A program made the position numbers and the translations under genes. From a virus, in IMG/VR virus record IMGVR_UViG_3300030118_001869, positions 32,001-96,000 of that record: DNA of 64,000 nucleotides. One strand, 5' to 3'. The notes under the pieces are model-generated. The model saw nothing but the letters and a program-made list of their open reading frames with translations. It was not told the origin of the DNA and searched no databases. Below, piece after piece: positions 20,347 through 28,899 of the stretch. Numbering within the stretch: position 1 is the stretch's first letter; each line of letters opens with the position of its first letter.

Positions 20347-20592
20347 ATGGCTGAAAAATTATTTAAAGCTTTAGCTAAAAAAATGGGCAAAGACAAATCT
20401 ATGAGCATCTTACAAAAGATGGCTAATGGAGGAGGCAATATGCCTAAAGACGTAACAGAACTTATGCAAGCTAGAAATGGAATGGGATCAATGATAAACC
20501 CAGAACTAAGTAAGGCAGAAATGGGCACAGAATATGAGTATGGTTACGGAGGTATGGTTAAAAAGAAGAAGAAGTCTAAAAAAAAAAAGTAA
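20347..20592 (+). CDS. Small Met/Gly/Lys-rich protein
   Basis: A-rich translation start. Repeated x-x-x-G(G) units and a poly-Lys tail. Confidence 0.7.
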   Translation: MAEKLFKALAKKMGKDKSMSILQKMANGGGNMPKDVTELMQARNGMGSMINPELSKAEMGTEYEYGYGGMVKKKKKSKKKK

Positions 20593-20657
20593 AAAATAAA
20601 TATCAGATAGGAGGGCAGCACTCAACTGCAGCCACTTACTCTGGAAAATAATTTACT

Positions 20658-21263
20658 ATGAATATTTTAACTGATATACTTAGTTTAATTAAGCAGGACA
20701 AATACGCAAGTTCCGCAGCAGACAATGATGTTATAGCAATAGGTGTACACGAACCACCAGACATGTTAGGCATAGCATCTCCCGTTCCCTATAAGTCTGT
20801 TAAAGTAATCAAACTCAAGGACTTACAAATACCTGCACAGATTTGTACCTATGTAAATGTTCCTGAGACAATACTTGGCAATACTGCTGGAGTATACAAG
20901 GAGACCGTTACAACAACAAATCCGCAAACTTGCACAGTCAAGTTGCGTAAACTCAAGTCCCTATCAGTTAACACTACAATCCAGGAAAACGGTGATTATA
21001 TTGACATAACCACTACTGGGGAGCCTAACAAGGCCGAGAATCTATCTACTACAACTGGCTTAGGTGTATTTGCACAGAAGAATGGGGAAACGCTACAGTT
21101 TAAGTCTATTAAGGCAGATGGAGCAGGAGGTAAGTTTAGTGCTAACTCAGAGCTTATAGAGTTAGCCTATGCTAAAGATATCAGATTAACGTCACCTAAC
21201 GGTAAAGTTTGGAAGATTAATGTAAGTGATGAAGGTACGTTGTCAGCAGTAGAAGTAACATAA
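20658..21263 (+). CDS. Putative tail/structural protein
   Basis: N-terminus related to the two tail fibres. Internal repeat (GVYK..KLRKLKS / GVFAQK..LQFKSIK). C-terminal LTSPNGKVWKINVSDEGTL of tail-fibre type. Confidence 0.65.
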   Translation: MNILTDILSLIKQDKYASSAADNDVIAIGVHEPPDMLGIASPVPYKSVKVIKLKDLQIPAQICTYVNVPETILGNTAGVYKETVTTTNPQTCTVKLRKLKSLSVNTTIQENGDYIDITTTGEPNKAENLSTTTGLGVFAQKNGETLQFKSIKADGAGGKFSANSELIELAYAKDIRLTSPNGKVWKINVSDEGTLSAVEVT

Positions 21264-21274
21264 AATTTAAAGTA

Positions 21275-21475
21275 ATGCCAGCAAAGAAAAAGAAAAAGAG
21301 TACAGTAAACGCATCAGGTAATTACACAAAGCCAACTATGCGTAAAAGATTGTTTAACCAAATCAAAGCCGGTAGCAAAGGTGGTAGACCAGGACAGTGG
21401 TCAGCACGTAAAGCTCAAATGCTAGCTAAAAGATATAAAGCTGCAGGTGGAGGTTATAGAGGAAAAAAGAAATAA
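21275..21475 (+). CDS. Small basic protein, DUF5872-like N-terminal half
   Basis: YTKP...IKAGSKGGRPGQWSARKAQMLAKRYKAAGGGY. Confidence 0.7.
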   Translation: MPAKKKKKSTVNASGNYTKPTMRKRLFNQIKAGSKGGRPGQWSARKAQMLAKRYKAAGGGYRGKKK

Positions 21476-21942
21476 TGTCAAAACCTAAGAAAAAATTTAA
21501 GGATACTAAAGTAGGCCAGTTTCTTACAGATAAAGTACCAGGTATACTTGGTGTAGTAGGAGATGTTTTGCCTGACGCAGGTGTATTAGGTGTAGTAAAA
21601 GGATTAATTGAAAAAGAAGATCCTGTAGTACTACCACCAGAGGATAAAGAGAAAGCAATGAAGCTGCTTGAACTTGATATGATAGAGATGCAAGAAATTA
21701 GTAAAAGATGGGATAGTGATATGAAGTCAGATTCCTGGCTCAGTAAGAATACTAGACCTATGAGTCTAATTTTTTTGACATTATCTATGGTTTTATTAAT
21801 TTTACTAGATAGCTTTGAGTGGAGCTTCAATGTATCAACCGGTTGGGTAGATCTTTTGCAGACACTTTTAGTTACAGTCTATGTAGCTTATTTTGGTTCA
21901 AGAGGGGCAGAGAAGTTTCAATCAATAACTAAAAATAAATAA
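21475..21942 (+). CDS. Holin (GTA-type 3TM holin family-like)
   Basis: RWDSDMKSDSWLSKNTRP, two clear TM helices and YFGSRGAEK. Confidence 0.8.
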   Translation: MSKPKKKFKDTKVGQFLTDKVPGILGVVGDVLPDAGVLGVVKGLIEKEDPVVLPPEDKEKAMKLLELDMIEMQEISKRWDSDMKSDSWLSKNTRPMSLIFLTLSMVLLILLDSFEWSFNVSTGWVDLLQTLLVTVYVAYFGSRGAEKFQSITKNK

Positions 21943-21944
21943 AA

Positions 21945-22169
21945 TTGAATATATCTAAAGAAGTATATAAGTATTTAAAAACCAAAGCTGAGGCTGATAA
22001 GGCTAAGGCTCTTTTAAGTTTAGAACTACTAGGTAATAATGCAGTTGGTATTGGAGATCACTCTACTGGTGATTTCTATAAGAATGTAGATGAAGCATTT
22101 GAAGGACTGTGTGATGCACTTGATAGATTAGACGTATTAGATAAAAATTTTGAAGTAGAATGGGACTAA
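21945..22169 (+). CDS. Hypothetical protein
   Basis: Acidic helical hairpin with a VGIGDH motif. Tightly packed in the operon. Confidence 0.7.
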   Translation: MNISKEVYKYLKTKAEADKAKALLSLELLGNNAVGIGDHSTGDFYKNVDEAFEGLCDALDRLDVLDKNFEVEWD

Positions 22170-22402
22170 CAAAAAGACAAAAGAGTCTTAAGAGATGGAC
22201 AAAACAGAAGTGGAGAACACCTTCAGGGAAAAAAAGTTCAGAGACTGGAGAAGTTTATGCTCCGTCAAGAACAATAAAGAAACTTAAGTCTACTAAAAAG
22301 GGTAGAGCTAAGTTAGCAGCTGCTAATAAAAAGAAAAGGGCTGCAACTAAGAAAGGTAAACAACACGCAAGACATGGATTGCACAAAGGTAAAAAAAGAT
22401 AA
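22160..22402 (+). CDS. Small basic protein, DUF5872-like C-terminal half
   Basis: QKSLKRWTKQKWRT...GEVYAP...ANKKKR. Confidence 0.65.
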   Translation: MGLTKRQKSLKRWTKQKWRTPSGKKSSETGEVYAPSRTIKKLKSTKKGRAKLAAANKKKRAATKKGKQHARHGLHKGKKR

Positions 22403-22404
22403 CT

Positions 22405-22680
22405 ATGGCAAAGCATAAAAAACAACAAGCAGCAATTGCAATAAGTATGAAAAAGAAAGGTAAGAAGCCTAAAGGAGCAAAGCCTATGGCTAAGTCACTT
22501 GTAAAGAAGAAAGCTGGTGGTTCAGTTTCTTCTAAAGGTGTCAAAGCTCCAGCAGGTTTTCACTGGATGAAAGCAGGATCAGGATTTAAGTTAATGAAGA
22601 ATCCACCAAGTGGATATAAAAAACATCCTGGCTCATCACTTGTTGCTAAGTTTAAGATACAAAAGGTACATAAGAAGTAA
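22405..22680 (+). CDS. Small basic protein
   Basis: QAAIAI and KAPAGFHWMK motifs. Very Lys-rich. Confidence 0.7.
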   Translation: MAKHKKQQAAIAISMKKKGKKPKGAKPMAKSLVKKKAGGSVSSKGVKAPAGFHWMKAGSGFKLMKNPPSGYKKHPGSSLVAKFKIQKVHKK

Positions 22681-22991
22681 TGCCTAGAAAGAAAAAAGAC
22701 CCTAAAGTAGGGACTGGTAAAAAACCAAAAGGTAGTGGTAGAAGGCTATATACAGATGAGAATCCTAAAGATACCGTACGTATAAAGTTTGCTACACCTG
22801 CAGATGCTAGAGCAACTGTAGCTAAGGTTAAAAAAATAAATAAACCTTTTGCTAGAAAGATACAGATATTAACTGTAGGGGAACAAAGAGCAAAGGTTAT
22901 GAAAAAGACACAAGTTGCTTCAATATTTAAAAAAGGTAAAGAAGCTATAAGAAAGAAACATGGCAAAAAAAAGAGATCCAAGACTAGCTAG
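22680..22991 (+). CDS. Small basic protein
   Basis: GTGKKPKGSGRRLYTDENPKDTV motif. Stop/start overlap. Confidence 0.7.
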   Translation: MPRKKKDPKVGTGKKPKGSGRRLYTDENPKDTVRIKFATPADARATVAKVKKINKPFARKIQILTVGEQRAKVMKKTQVASIFKKGKEAIRKKHGKKKRSKTS

Positions 22992-23250
22992 AGCAGGAGT
23001 ATCAGGTTTTAATAAACCTAAAAGAACTCCTAACCATCCTAAGAAATCACATATTGTGGTAGCTAAGGAAGGTAATAAGATTAAAACCATACGCTTTGGT
23101 CAGCAAGGAGCAAAGACAGCAGGTAAACCTAAAGCAGGTGAGTCAAGTAGAATGACTAAAAAGAGAAAGTCTTTCAAAGCTAGACACGCTAAAAATATTG
23201 CTAAGGGTAAAATGTCTGCTGCTTATTGGGCTAATAGAGTAAAATGGTAA
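22960..23250 (+). CDS. Small basic protein
   Basis: NKPKRTP.HPKKSH.V, IRFGQQG, SFKARH and SAAYWA motifs. Confidence 0.7.
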   Translation: MAKKRDPRLARAGVSGFNKPKRTPNHPKKSHIVVAKEGNKIKTIRFGQQGAKTAGKPKAGESSRMTKKRKSFKARHAKNIAKGKMSAAYWANRVKW

Positions 23251-23254
23251 AGAT

Positions 23255-23527
23255 ATGTGGGAGTTATTCAAAGATCATAATGACATTAATGAGAAATCCA
23301 TTATTGGGTTTATCTCATTCTTTGTTATGGTGGTTTTTGCATGCGCAGATCTTCTAACAGGATACTTTGGAAAAGATTTAGTGATAAATGAGTTTATATA
23401 CAATTCATTTGTATGGGTAACATTAGGTTGCTTTGGAATTGCAGAGGTAGGTGCAGTACTAAATGGTAAAAAGAAAAATCCTCCAAAGAAAGAGGATGCA
23501 GATATTAATATAAATATAAGTAAGTAA
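23255..23527 (+). CDS. Two-TM membrane protein (holin/antiholin-like)
   Basis: Two hydrophobic helices and a charged C-terminus. Confidence 0.6.
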   Translation: MWELFKDHNDINEKSIIGFISFFVMVVFACADLLTGYFGKDLVINEFIYNSFVWVTLGCFGIAEVGAVLNGKKKNPPKKEDADININISK

Positions 23528-23529
23528 TA

Positions 23530-25686
23530 ATGAATTTATTTCAGGAACTAACTAGTATGTTTTCAAGGAACCAGTTTGTGGTCAAGCCTCCTAAAGGCAC
23601 TGACTACTTTCCTTTGGGTATACATAAAGGTAATAGAAGGGGTTCTATAACAAAATACCCGGAAGTAAAGTTAGTTACTCTTAAAGAGGTTGCAGACTAT
23701 ATAGCAACTGTCAATGATCAGAGACTTGATGAAGTACTAATTGTAGGTAATTATACTGGTGGTAGAGATATATTTGTTACTGCAGGTGACAGTGTTAGAT
23801 TTACATCTACTTCTAAAATTACTATGGGAGATGATACTAATGATAATATTAATGACTCAAAGTTTGATATATTTCACAATGGTACTAATGCTGTAATCAA
23901 CAATAAAAAAGGTAAACTTGCTTTAATTAATGAAGAAGAAGATGCTATAATGCCTTTTCAACTAAATGAAGGCTCTGGAGTTACAACATACTTTGAAGCA
24001 GATCCTAGTGGAGCTGCTAGGTTAGTTAGATATTATAAAGATATATTACTTAAAGATAATGTATTACTAAATGCAGGTGATGGAAAAGACTTTAGGTTTT
24101 ATCATACTGGTTCACATTCTTATTTAGAAGTAGGCCCTAGTGCACCAGGTAATCTATATATTAGAAATAGAAATGAAACTGGTGATATTTTATTTGCTGC
24201 AGACACGGATGGAATGGGTACTACAGATACCTACTTTATGATAGATTCTTCTGCACTACAAACTCAATTTTTTTATAATGTAGAGCTTCAAGATCATGTA
24301 AGACTTGGTTTAGGAGACACAATGGATATGTCTTTGTATCACACAGGAAGTCAAGCTTACATAAGTAATACTACAGGTATACTAGATATCAAAAGTACAA
24401 ATGGTAATCTGCAACTTTCTTCTGGAACACAAATAGATATTGGTAATAACTCCGGTGTTCTATATACATTACCGCTTGCAGATGGTACTGCAGGTCAAAG
24501 TGTAATAACTGATGGCTCAGGTGCATTATCTTTTGGTAATGCTGGTCTTGCTAACGGAGTTGTAGTTAATGACTCAAATGCAAACACAGACTTTCCAGTT
24601 GTATTCCATGATGAAAATAATAATTTATTAGATGATACGGGAACATTTACATATAGTCCTGGTAATAGTAGATTAAAAATAGATGCATTAACAATAGATA
24701 GCACAAAACTATCAGGAGTAAACATAGTTATAAACTCAGATCTATTAAGATTAGGTGAAGAAGGTACTAGTAAAAATTATTTGCAAGGTAGTGCAGGCGG
24801 TCCAGTTATAATATCTTATGATGGTGATAATAGATTCTCTACACAACCAGATGGTATTAAATCTATAGGTGTAGTAAAAGTAGCTAATACAAGCAATCAA
24901 TTACAATTTACAATACCAGCAGCTCAAGGTACCGCAGGTCAGGTTCTAAAGTATCCTTCTTCTGGATCCACATTAGAATGGGGTAGTGTAGGAAACCAAA
25001 ATCTATATGAAACAATTGCAATTCAAAATGCTAATGGTACTACTAATATACCAGCAACTACTACAACAGATACATTTACTATTAAAGAAGGAGCAGGTAT
25101 AATACTTGATGAAGATGCAAGTAATCAACTAGTAGCTATTAAGCAATCTTCTGAAAGTCTACATACTAAAGGTAGTTGGCTTCCAACACTTAATGCAAGA
25201 ATTGGTGTAACCCAACAAGCAGGATTTGAGGTAACTAATTATGCTATACAACAAGGTAGATGGCATAGACATGGTAACTTAGTAACTGCAATGTTCAAAC
25301 TTAGAATAAATACTGATCAAATAACTCTATCTAGTAATACTAAGGGTGTATTATACATAGAAACTTTTCCATATGATTTGGCATCAGGTAATGCTTTTCA
25401 TAGTGTTGCAATGCAAAGAGTTGAAGGTTTGCTACCCCTTTCTTCTGGAAGTGGTCATGGTCAATGGATGCTAACCAGTGTATTTGGGACACACTTTAAT
25501 AGTGATGGTGCAATAGAAATTAGAAGATTAAATTATAATAATAATACTATTCCAGGTATTACAGAGTTAATGCTAGAAGAAGATATTCCTACAGGCTCTA
25601 GTGTCTACAGTATCTATTTAGAAGGTGTTATTACATATGAAACAAACGATGCAACTATACATAGTACTGCGTCAGTAGATAGTTAA
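23530..25686 (+). CDS. Tail fibre / receptor-binding protein
   Basis: 718 aa, rich in Gly/Thr/Asn. Three repeats of the type D..(I/F/L)(F/Y)H.G...(Y)I.N..G.L.I, plus YTLPLADGTAGQ / FTIPAAQGTAGQ linkers. Confidence 0.8.
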   Translation: MNLFQELTSMFSRNQFVVKPPKGTDYFPLGIHKGNRRGSITKYPEVKLVTLKEVADYIATVNDQRLDEVLIVGNYTGGRDIFVTAGDSVRFTSTSKITMGDDTNDNINDSKFDIFHNGTNAVINNKKGKLALINEEEDAIMPFQLNEGSGVTTYFEADPSGAARLVRYYKDILLKDNVLLNAGDGKDFRFYHTGSHSYLEVGPSAPGNLYIRNRNETGDILFAADTDGMGTTDTYFMIDSSALQTQFFYNVELQDHVRLGLGDTMDMSLYHTGSQAYISNTTGILDIKSTNGNLQLSSGTQIDIGNNSGVLYTLPLADGTAGQSVITDGSGALSFGNAGLANGVVVNDSNANTDFPVVFHDENNNLLDDTGTFTYSPGNSRLKIDALTIDSTKLSGVNIVINSDLLRLGEEGTSKNYLQGSAGGPVIISYDGDNRFSTQPDGIKSIGVVKVANTSNQLQFTIPAAQGTAGQVLKYPSSGSTLEWGSVGNQNLYETIAIQNANGTTNIPATTTTDTFTIKEGAGIILDEDASNQLVAIKQSSESLHTKGSWLPTLNARIGVTQQAGFEVTNYAIQQGRWHRHGNLVTAMFKLRINTDQITLSSNTKGVLYIETFPYDLASGNAFHSVAMQRVEGLLPLSSGSGHGQWMLTSVFGTHFNSDGAIEIRRLNYNNNTIPGITELMLEEDIPTGSSVYSIYLEGVITYETNDATIHSTASVDS

Positions 25687-25705
25687 ACTTAAAAATTATA
25701 AAACA

Positions 25706-26713
25706 ATGAATATATTTCAAGACTTAGCAAGCATGTTTAACAAGAATCAATTTGTTATAGGCGGTGTGCCTAAAGCAAAGGATTACATTCCTATTGGTAT
25801 AGATAAGGGTAATAGACCTGGTACACCAGTACATAATCCAGAAGCCAAGCTAGTTACTGTTAGTAACTTGGCCAGTGCTGTAGCAAATGTTCTTGAGACA
25901 GCCTCAGATTTTAATAGACTTAGAGTATTAAATTCTTCAGAGGCACAATTTAACCCAGTAGAAAATACATCTTTAGTTACATTTGCGAAGAGAAGCAATG
26001 ACAATGGATTATCAATAGCATTTAACGAGAAGGTTCAGTTCCACGGTTCTCAAGCGAGTGGCACAAACCAATACGGTAGAATGCTTGGATTAGAGATTGA
26101 AACTGCATACACTGGTGGATTCCCACAACTTGTTGCACAACAGGTTAAGAGTGAGTTCAAGGGAACTGGCAATGCCTACTTCGTTATAGGGCAGATCAAT
26201 ATTGCAGAGATGGATGGTGCTAATAATAAACAAGTAAATAGTGTATATGGTCACAGTAATCAAGTGAGACTCAAGGGATCAGGTACAGATACAACTGAGT
26301 TTGTTATTGCTCACCACAATACAATTGATGTAGACAATGCAACACAAGATATCAATAATATCTATTCAGGATACTATGAAATGGATATCAATGCAGGTGC
26401 TACAATAAATGATGCATACCAGATATACCTTAACTACAAGAAGTCATCAGAGACATTAGTAAATTATAAAGGTCTATATCATAAGTATGATGGATCTGCA
26501 ACAGGAACTGCACAGTTTATACATAATGAAGCAGACTTGCCTCTAGATACTGCAGGAGCTGTTAATGCTAAAGAGTTTAATCTTAATGCACTTAACGCAG
26601 GCCCAGCAGCTAATGCTACAGGAACTCCTGGACAGATCAGAATAGATGCTGATTATATCTATGTATGTGTTTCAGATAACACTTGGAAAAGAGCCGCATT
26701 ATCAACCTTTTAA
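25706..26713 (+). CDS. Tail fibre/spike protein
   Basis: Shared N-terminal domain, beta-helix-like middle, and C-terminal GTPGQIRIDADYIYVCVSDNTWKR typical of phage fibre ends. Confidence 0.75.
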   Translation: MNIFQDLASMFNKNQFVIGGVPKAKDYIPIGIDKGNRPGTPVHNPEAKLVTVSNLASAVANVLETASDFNRLRVLNSSEAQFNPVENTSLVTFAKRSNDNGLSIAFNEKVQFHGSQASGTNQYGRMLGLEIETAYTGGFPQLVAQQVKSEFKGTGNAYFVIGQINIAEMDGANNKQVNSVYGHSNQVRLKGSGTDTTEFVIAHHNTIDVDNATQDINNIYSGYYEMDINAGATINDAYQIYLNYKKSSETLVNYKGLYHKYDGSATGTAQFIHNEADLPLDTAGAVNAKEFNLNALNAGPAANATGTPGQIRIDADYIYVCVSDNTWKRAALSTF

Positions 26714-26823
26714 TTAAATAGACATGAACAATAGATTATCAAGAAAAGATGGAGAGCCAGCACCGGTACCTCCATTATGGGATTAGAGTAGTTAAATTTA
26801 AGGAATAACTATACTACTCTAAA

Positions 26824-26852
26824 GAAGAAGGGCCCTAACCGGCCCTTTTTTT
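26824..26852 (+). terminator. Intrinsic terminator between convergent blocks
   Basis: AAGGGCC-ctaacc-GGCCCTT followed by a T-run. A-rich 5' side could serve the minus strand. Confidence 0.75.
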
Positions 26853-26999
26853 ATCTTCTTTATCATAGCTCATCACTGATGGTAAACCAGAGTAATGGCA
26901 TATATCAGGATATTTCTCTTCTTCCTTCTGCTCTTTACGTATATCCCATACTAAACAACATGCATAAGTTATAAATATAAATGCCCCTATAATAAACAT
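26835..26999 (-). CDS. Small single-TM protein (54 aa)
   Basis: MFIIGAFIFITYACCLVW...CHYSGLPS..., translated by hand because it is below the ORF-track cutoff. Confidence 0.5.
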   Translation of the reverse strand: MFIIGAFIFITYACCLVWDIRKEQKEEEKYPDICHYSGLPSVMSYDKEDKKRAG

Positions 27000-27007
27000 T
27001 ATAACAT

Positions 27008-27364
27008 TCACAACAAATATGCAGCTTCAGTTCCAGCATCTCCCGGCTGGATTTTATAATCTTTAGCTTTCTTTGTTATCTTTCTCTCAGCCTCTATTTC
27101 TTTTTGTAAGTTAGCTAAAGCTCTCCAGGCAACCTTGGCAGAGTGACGTTGTCCATCATCATCCAATTTACCTGCATCTATAAGGTGGCGAGCTAGTGCA
27201 TCAAGTTCATCTGTGCTCTTTGCTCTATCCCAATGCAAAGGTTTATCTGGATGGTGCTGTTGATTTCCAGCTAAGGAAACTTTAGCAACCTCCATTATTG
27301 CATCAGGAAAATACTTTAACACTCCTGTGTATACAGGGCGTTCCTTTCTTTGTTTTGCATCCAT
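27008..27364 (-). CDS. dATP/dGTP diphosphohydrolase-like protein (DUF5664-like)
   Basis: Start moved to MDAKQRK. FPDAI.EVAKVS..G..H...HW, DAL.RH, D.DG..H.AKVAWRALA. Confidence 0.7.
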   Translation of the reverse strand: MDAKQRKERPVYTGVLKYFPDAIMEVAKVSLAGNQQHHPDKPLHWDRAKSTDELDALARHLIDAGKLDDDGQRHSAKVAWRALANLQKEIEAERKITKKAKDYKIQPGDAGTEAAYLL

Positions 27365-27365
27365 A

Positions 27366-27596
27366 TTATTCCCATAAACTATCATGTGCAAGACTTCTAT
27401 GATACTCCCATCTTTTGCGGGCGTCCATAATAGAGTCTTGTTTCTTATATATAATGGTATCATTATTATCTATATACCAATCTAACACCTCTGGATCTTT
27501 ATCCGGGTTATATACATTTTGCTTACATCCTAAGAAGTGAAACAAAACCAACATATATAACAATGTCAATAGTATAAAATAAAGTCTTTCTTTCAT
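27366..27596 (-). CDS. Small putative lipoprotein
   Basis: Hydrophobic N-terminus ending FLGC. Confidence 0.55.
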   Translation of the reverse strand: MKERLYFILLTLLYMLVLFHFLGCKQNVYNPDKDPEVLDWYIDNNDTIIYKKQDSIMDARKRWEYHRSLAHDSLWE

Positions 27597-27761
27597 AAAT
27601 CATATTTTAAGAGTAAGATGGGCTGCTGGCTTAATTTAATCAATTATGTTCCAGTTGGTTGCAGCCCATTCAAACTCAAGTTTAATCATGCCATGAGTCA
27701 GAGAAAACTATATACCTTAACAATACATATATTAATAAGATACTAAAAGCAAACTTCCAGA

Positions 27762-28661
27762 TCACCTTACTAAGTTCTCTACTCTGTTTTGGACAATGTC
27801 TACATCTACTGTATTAGGTACTTCTAACCAATCAGTATCATCTATCTTTGTTTCTGATACCTTAGTGTTAGGGTCATACATAGTAGTAACAACAGTTTTT
27901 GTCTCACTATTAATATTAGTACCATTTAGTTGTGCAGTAATGTAATCATGAAACTTCTGCATGTCTCTCAACCATGTACGTGGATGAGATTTTTTAAGTG
28001 CATGTGTTACATGATTATAAAATGACCAAGCCTTATCACTGCTACAATTGTAGTTATATGATGGCTTATTCATTTCTGCTTTGACAATACTCATTTGTGT
28101 ATTATCTAGGATATCAAGATCACAATATAACATTCCAAGCATCTTAGCTTGCTCTTCTTTTGTAAGATTTGTATTTCTTAAGAAGTCTCTGTCATCAATA
28201 ATCTTTCTAAATGTTAGCTCAGCTCTTTTTATTTGACTTGATATCTGCGCTGAGATATCTGCATCAGCTGAACCAGTGTGCTTACGTGCAAAGTTCATAA
28301 GATCTCCACTACATGTACCATTGTAGCATACCATAACGTATCCTCCAATAGAACATTGAAATCTAGTGGACTTATCATATGAGTTTGTCCAGGCAAACAT
28401 CATTCCAAGTTCAGTCTCTGTGCTGACCTTTTCATCTGTAGTTGTAAGTGGACTAATATGATATATCCCCTGTGCTACATTGGCATTCATATTAGCTCTA
28501 TACATCTCTTTTGTTACACTAAATCCGCTATCATTTAGCATCTTTAATGTTGTGTCTATTACCCTAGCATGGGGTATGACTGTATAGCTTTTACCATGTG
28601 TTGGTAAAGGTTGCGACTCAAGATATGTTCTTGTAGTCTCTGTTGGTTTTGTGTATCCCAT
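27762..28661 (-). CDS. DUF932/DUF945-like protein
   Basis: Y.VIPH, NSYDKS, G...VC.NG, RKHTG and WSFYN.VT motifs. Confidence 0.7.
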   Translation of the reverse strand: MGYTKPTETTRTYLESQPLPTHGKSYTVIPHARVIDTTLKMLNDSGFSVTKEMYRANMNANVAQGIYHISPLTTTDEKVSTETELGMMFAWTNSYDKSTRFQCSIGGYVMVCYNGTCSGDLMNFARKHTGSADADISAQISSQIKRAELTFRKIIDDRDFLRNTNLTKEEQAKMLGMLYCDLDILDNTQMSIVKAEMNKPSYNYNCSSDKAWSFYNHVTHALKKSHPRTWLRDMQKFHDYITAQLNGTNINSETKTVVTTMYDPNTKVSETKIDDTDWLEVPNTVDVDIVQNRVENLVR

Positions 28662-28696
28662 AATATATAAACTTTAAAAGTGTAAATATAAGTAAA

Positions 28697-28897
28697 TCAT
28701 TTTGATATAGCAAGTTTTTCTTCCTCAATCCACTTGATAAATCCGTCTTCTTCTGCTATTTTCTTAGCATGTTTTTCTGACAGAGCCCAAACACCCATCC
28801 ATTTTTTGTGAACATCAGGGTTTGGTGCACTCCACATTTTTTCATGTGGAATGTACCATACATTGAAGAACTTTTGCCCTTTAAATTTATTTTTCAT
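28697..28897 (-). CDS. Hypothetical protein
   Basis: 66-aa ORF packed behind polB. Confidence 0.6.
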   Translation of the reverse strand: MKNKFKGQKFFNVWYIPHEKMWSAPNPDVHKKWMGVWALSEKHAKKIAEEDGFIKWIEEEKLAISK

Positions 28898-28899
28898 AA

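Noticed and set aside
20608-20645. Irregular hairpin before the 20658 gene as a riboswitch
   Set aside because: A single bulged stem with no recognisable aptamer. More likely a stability or processing element.
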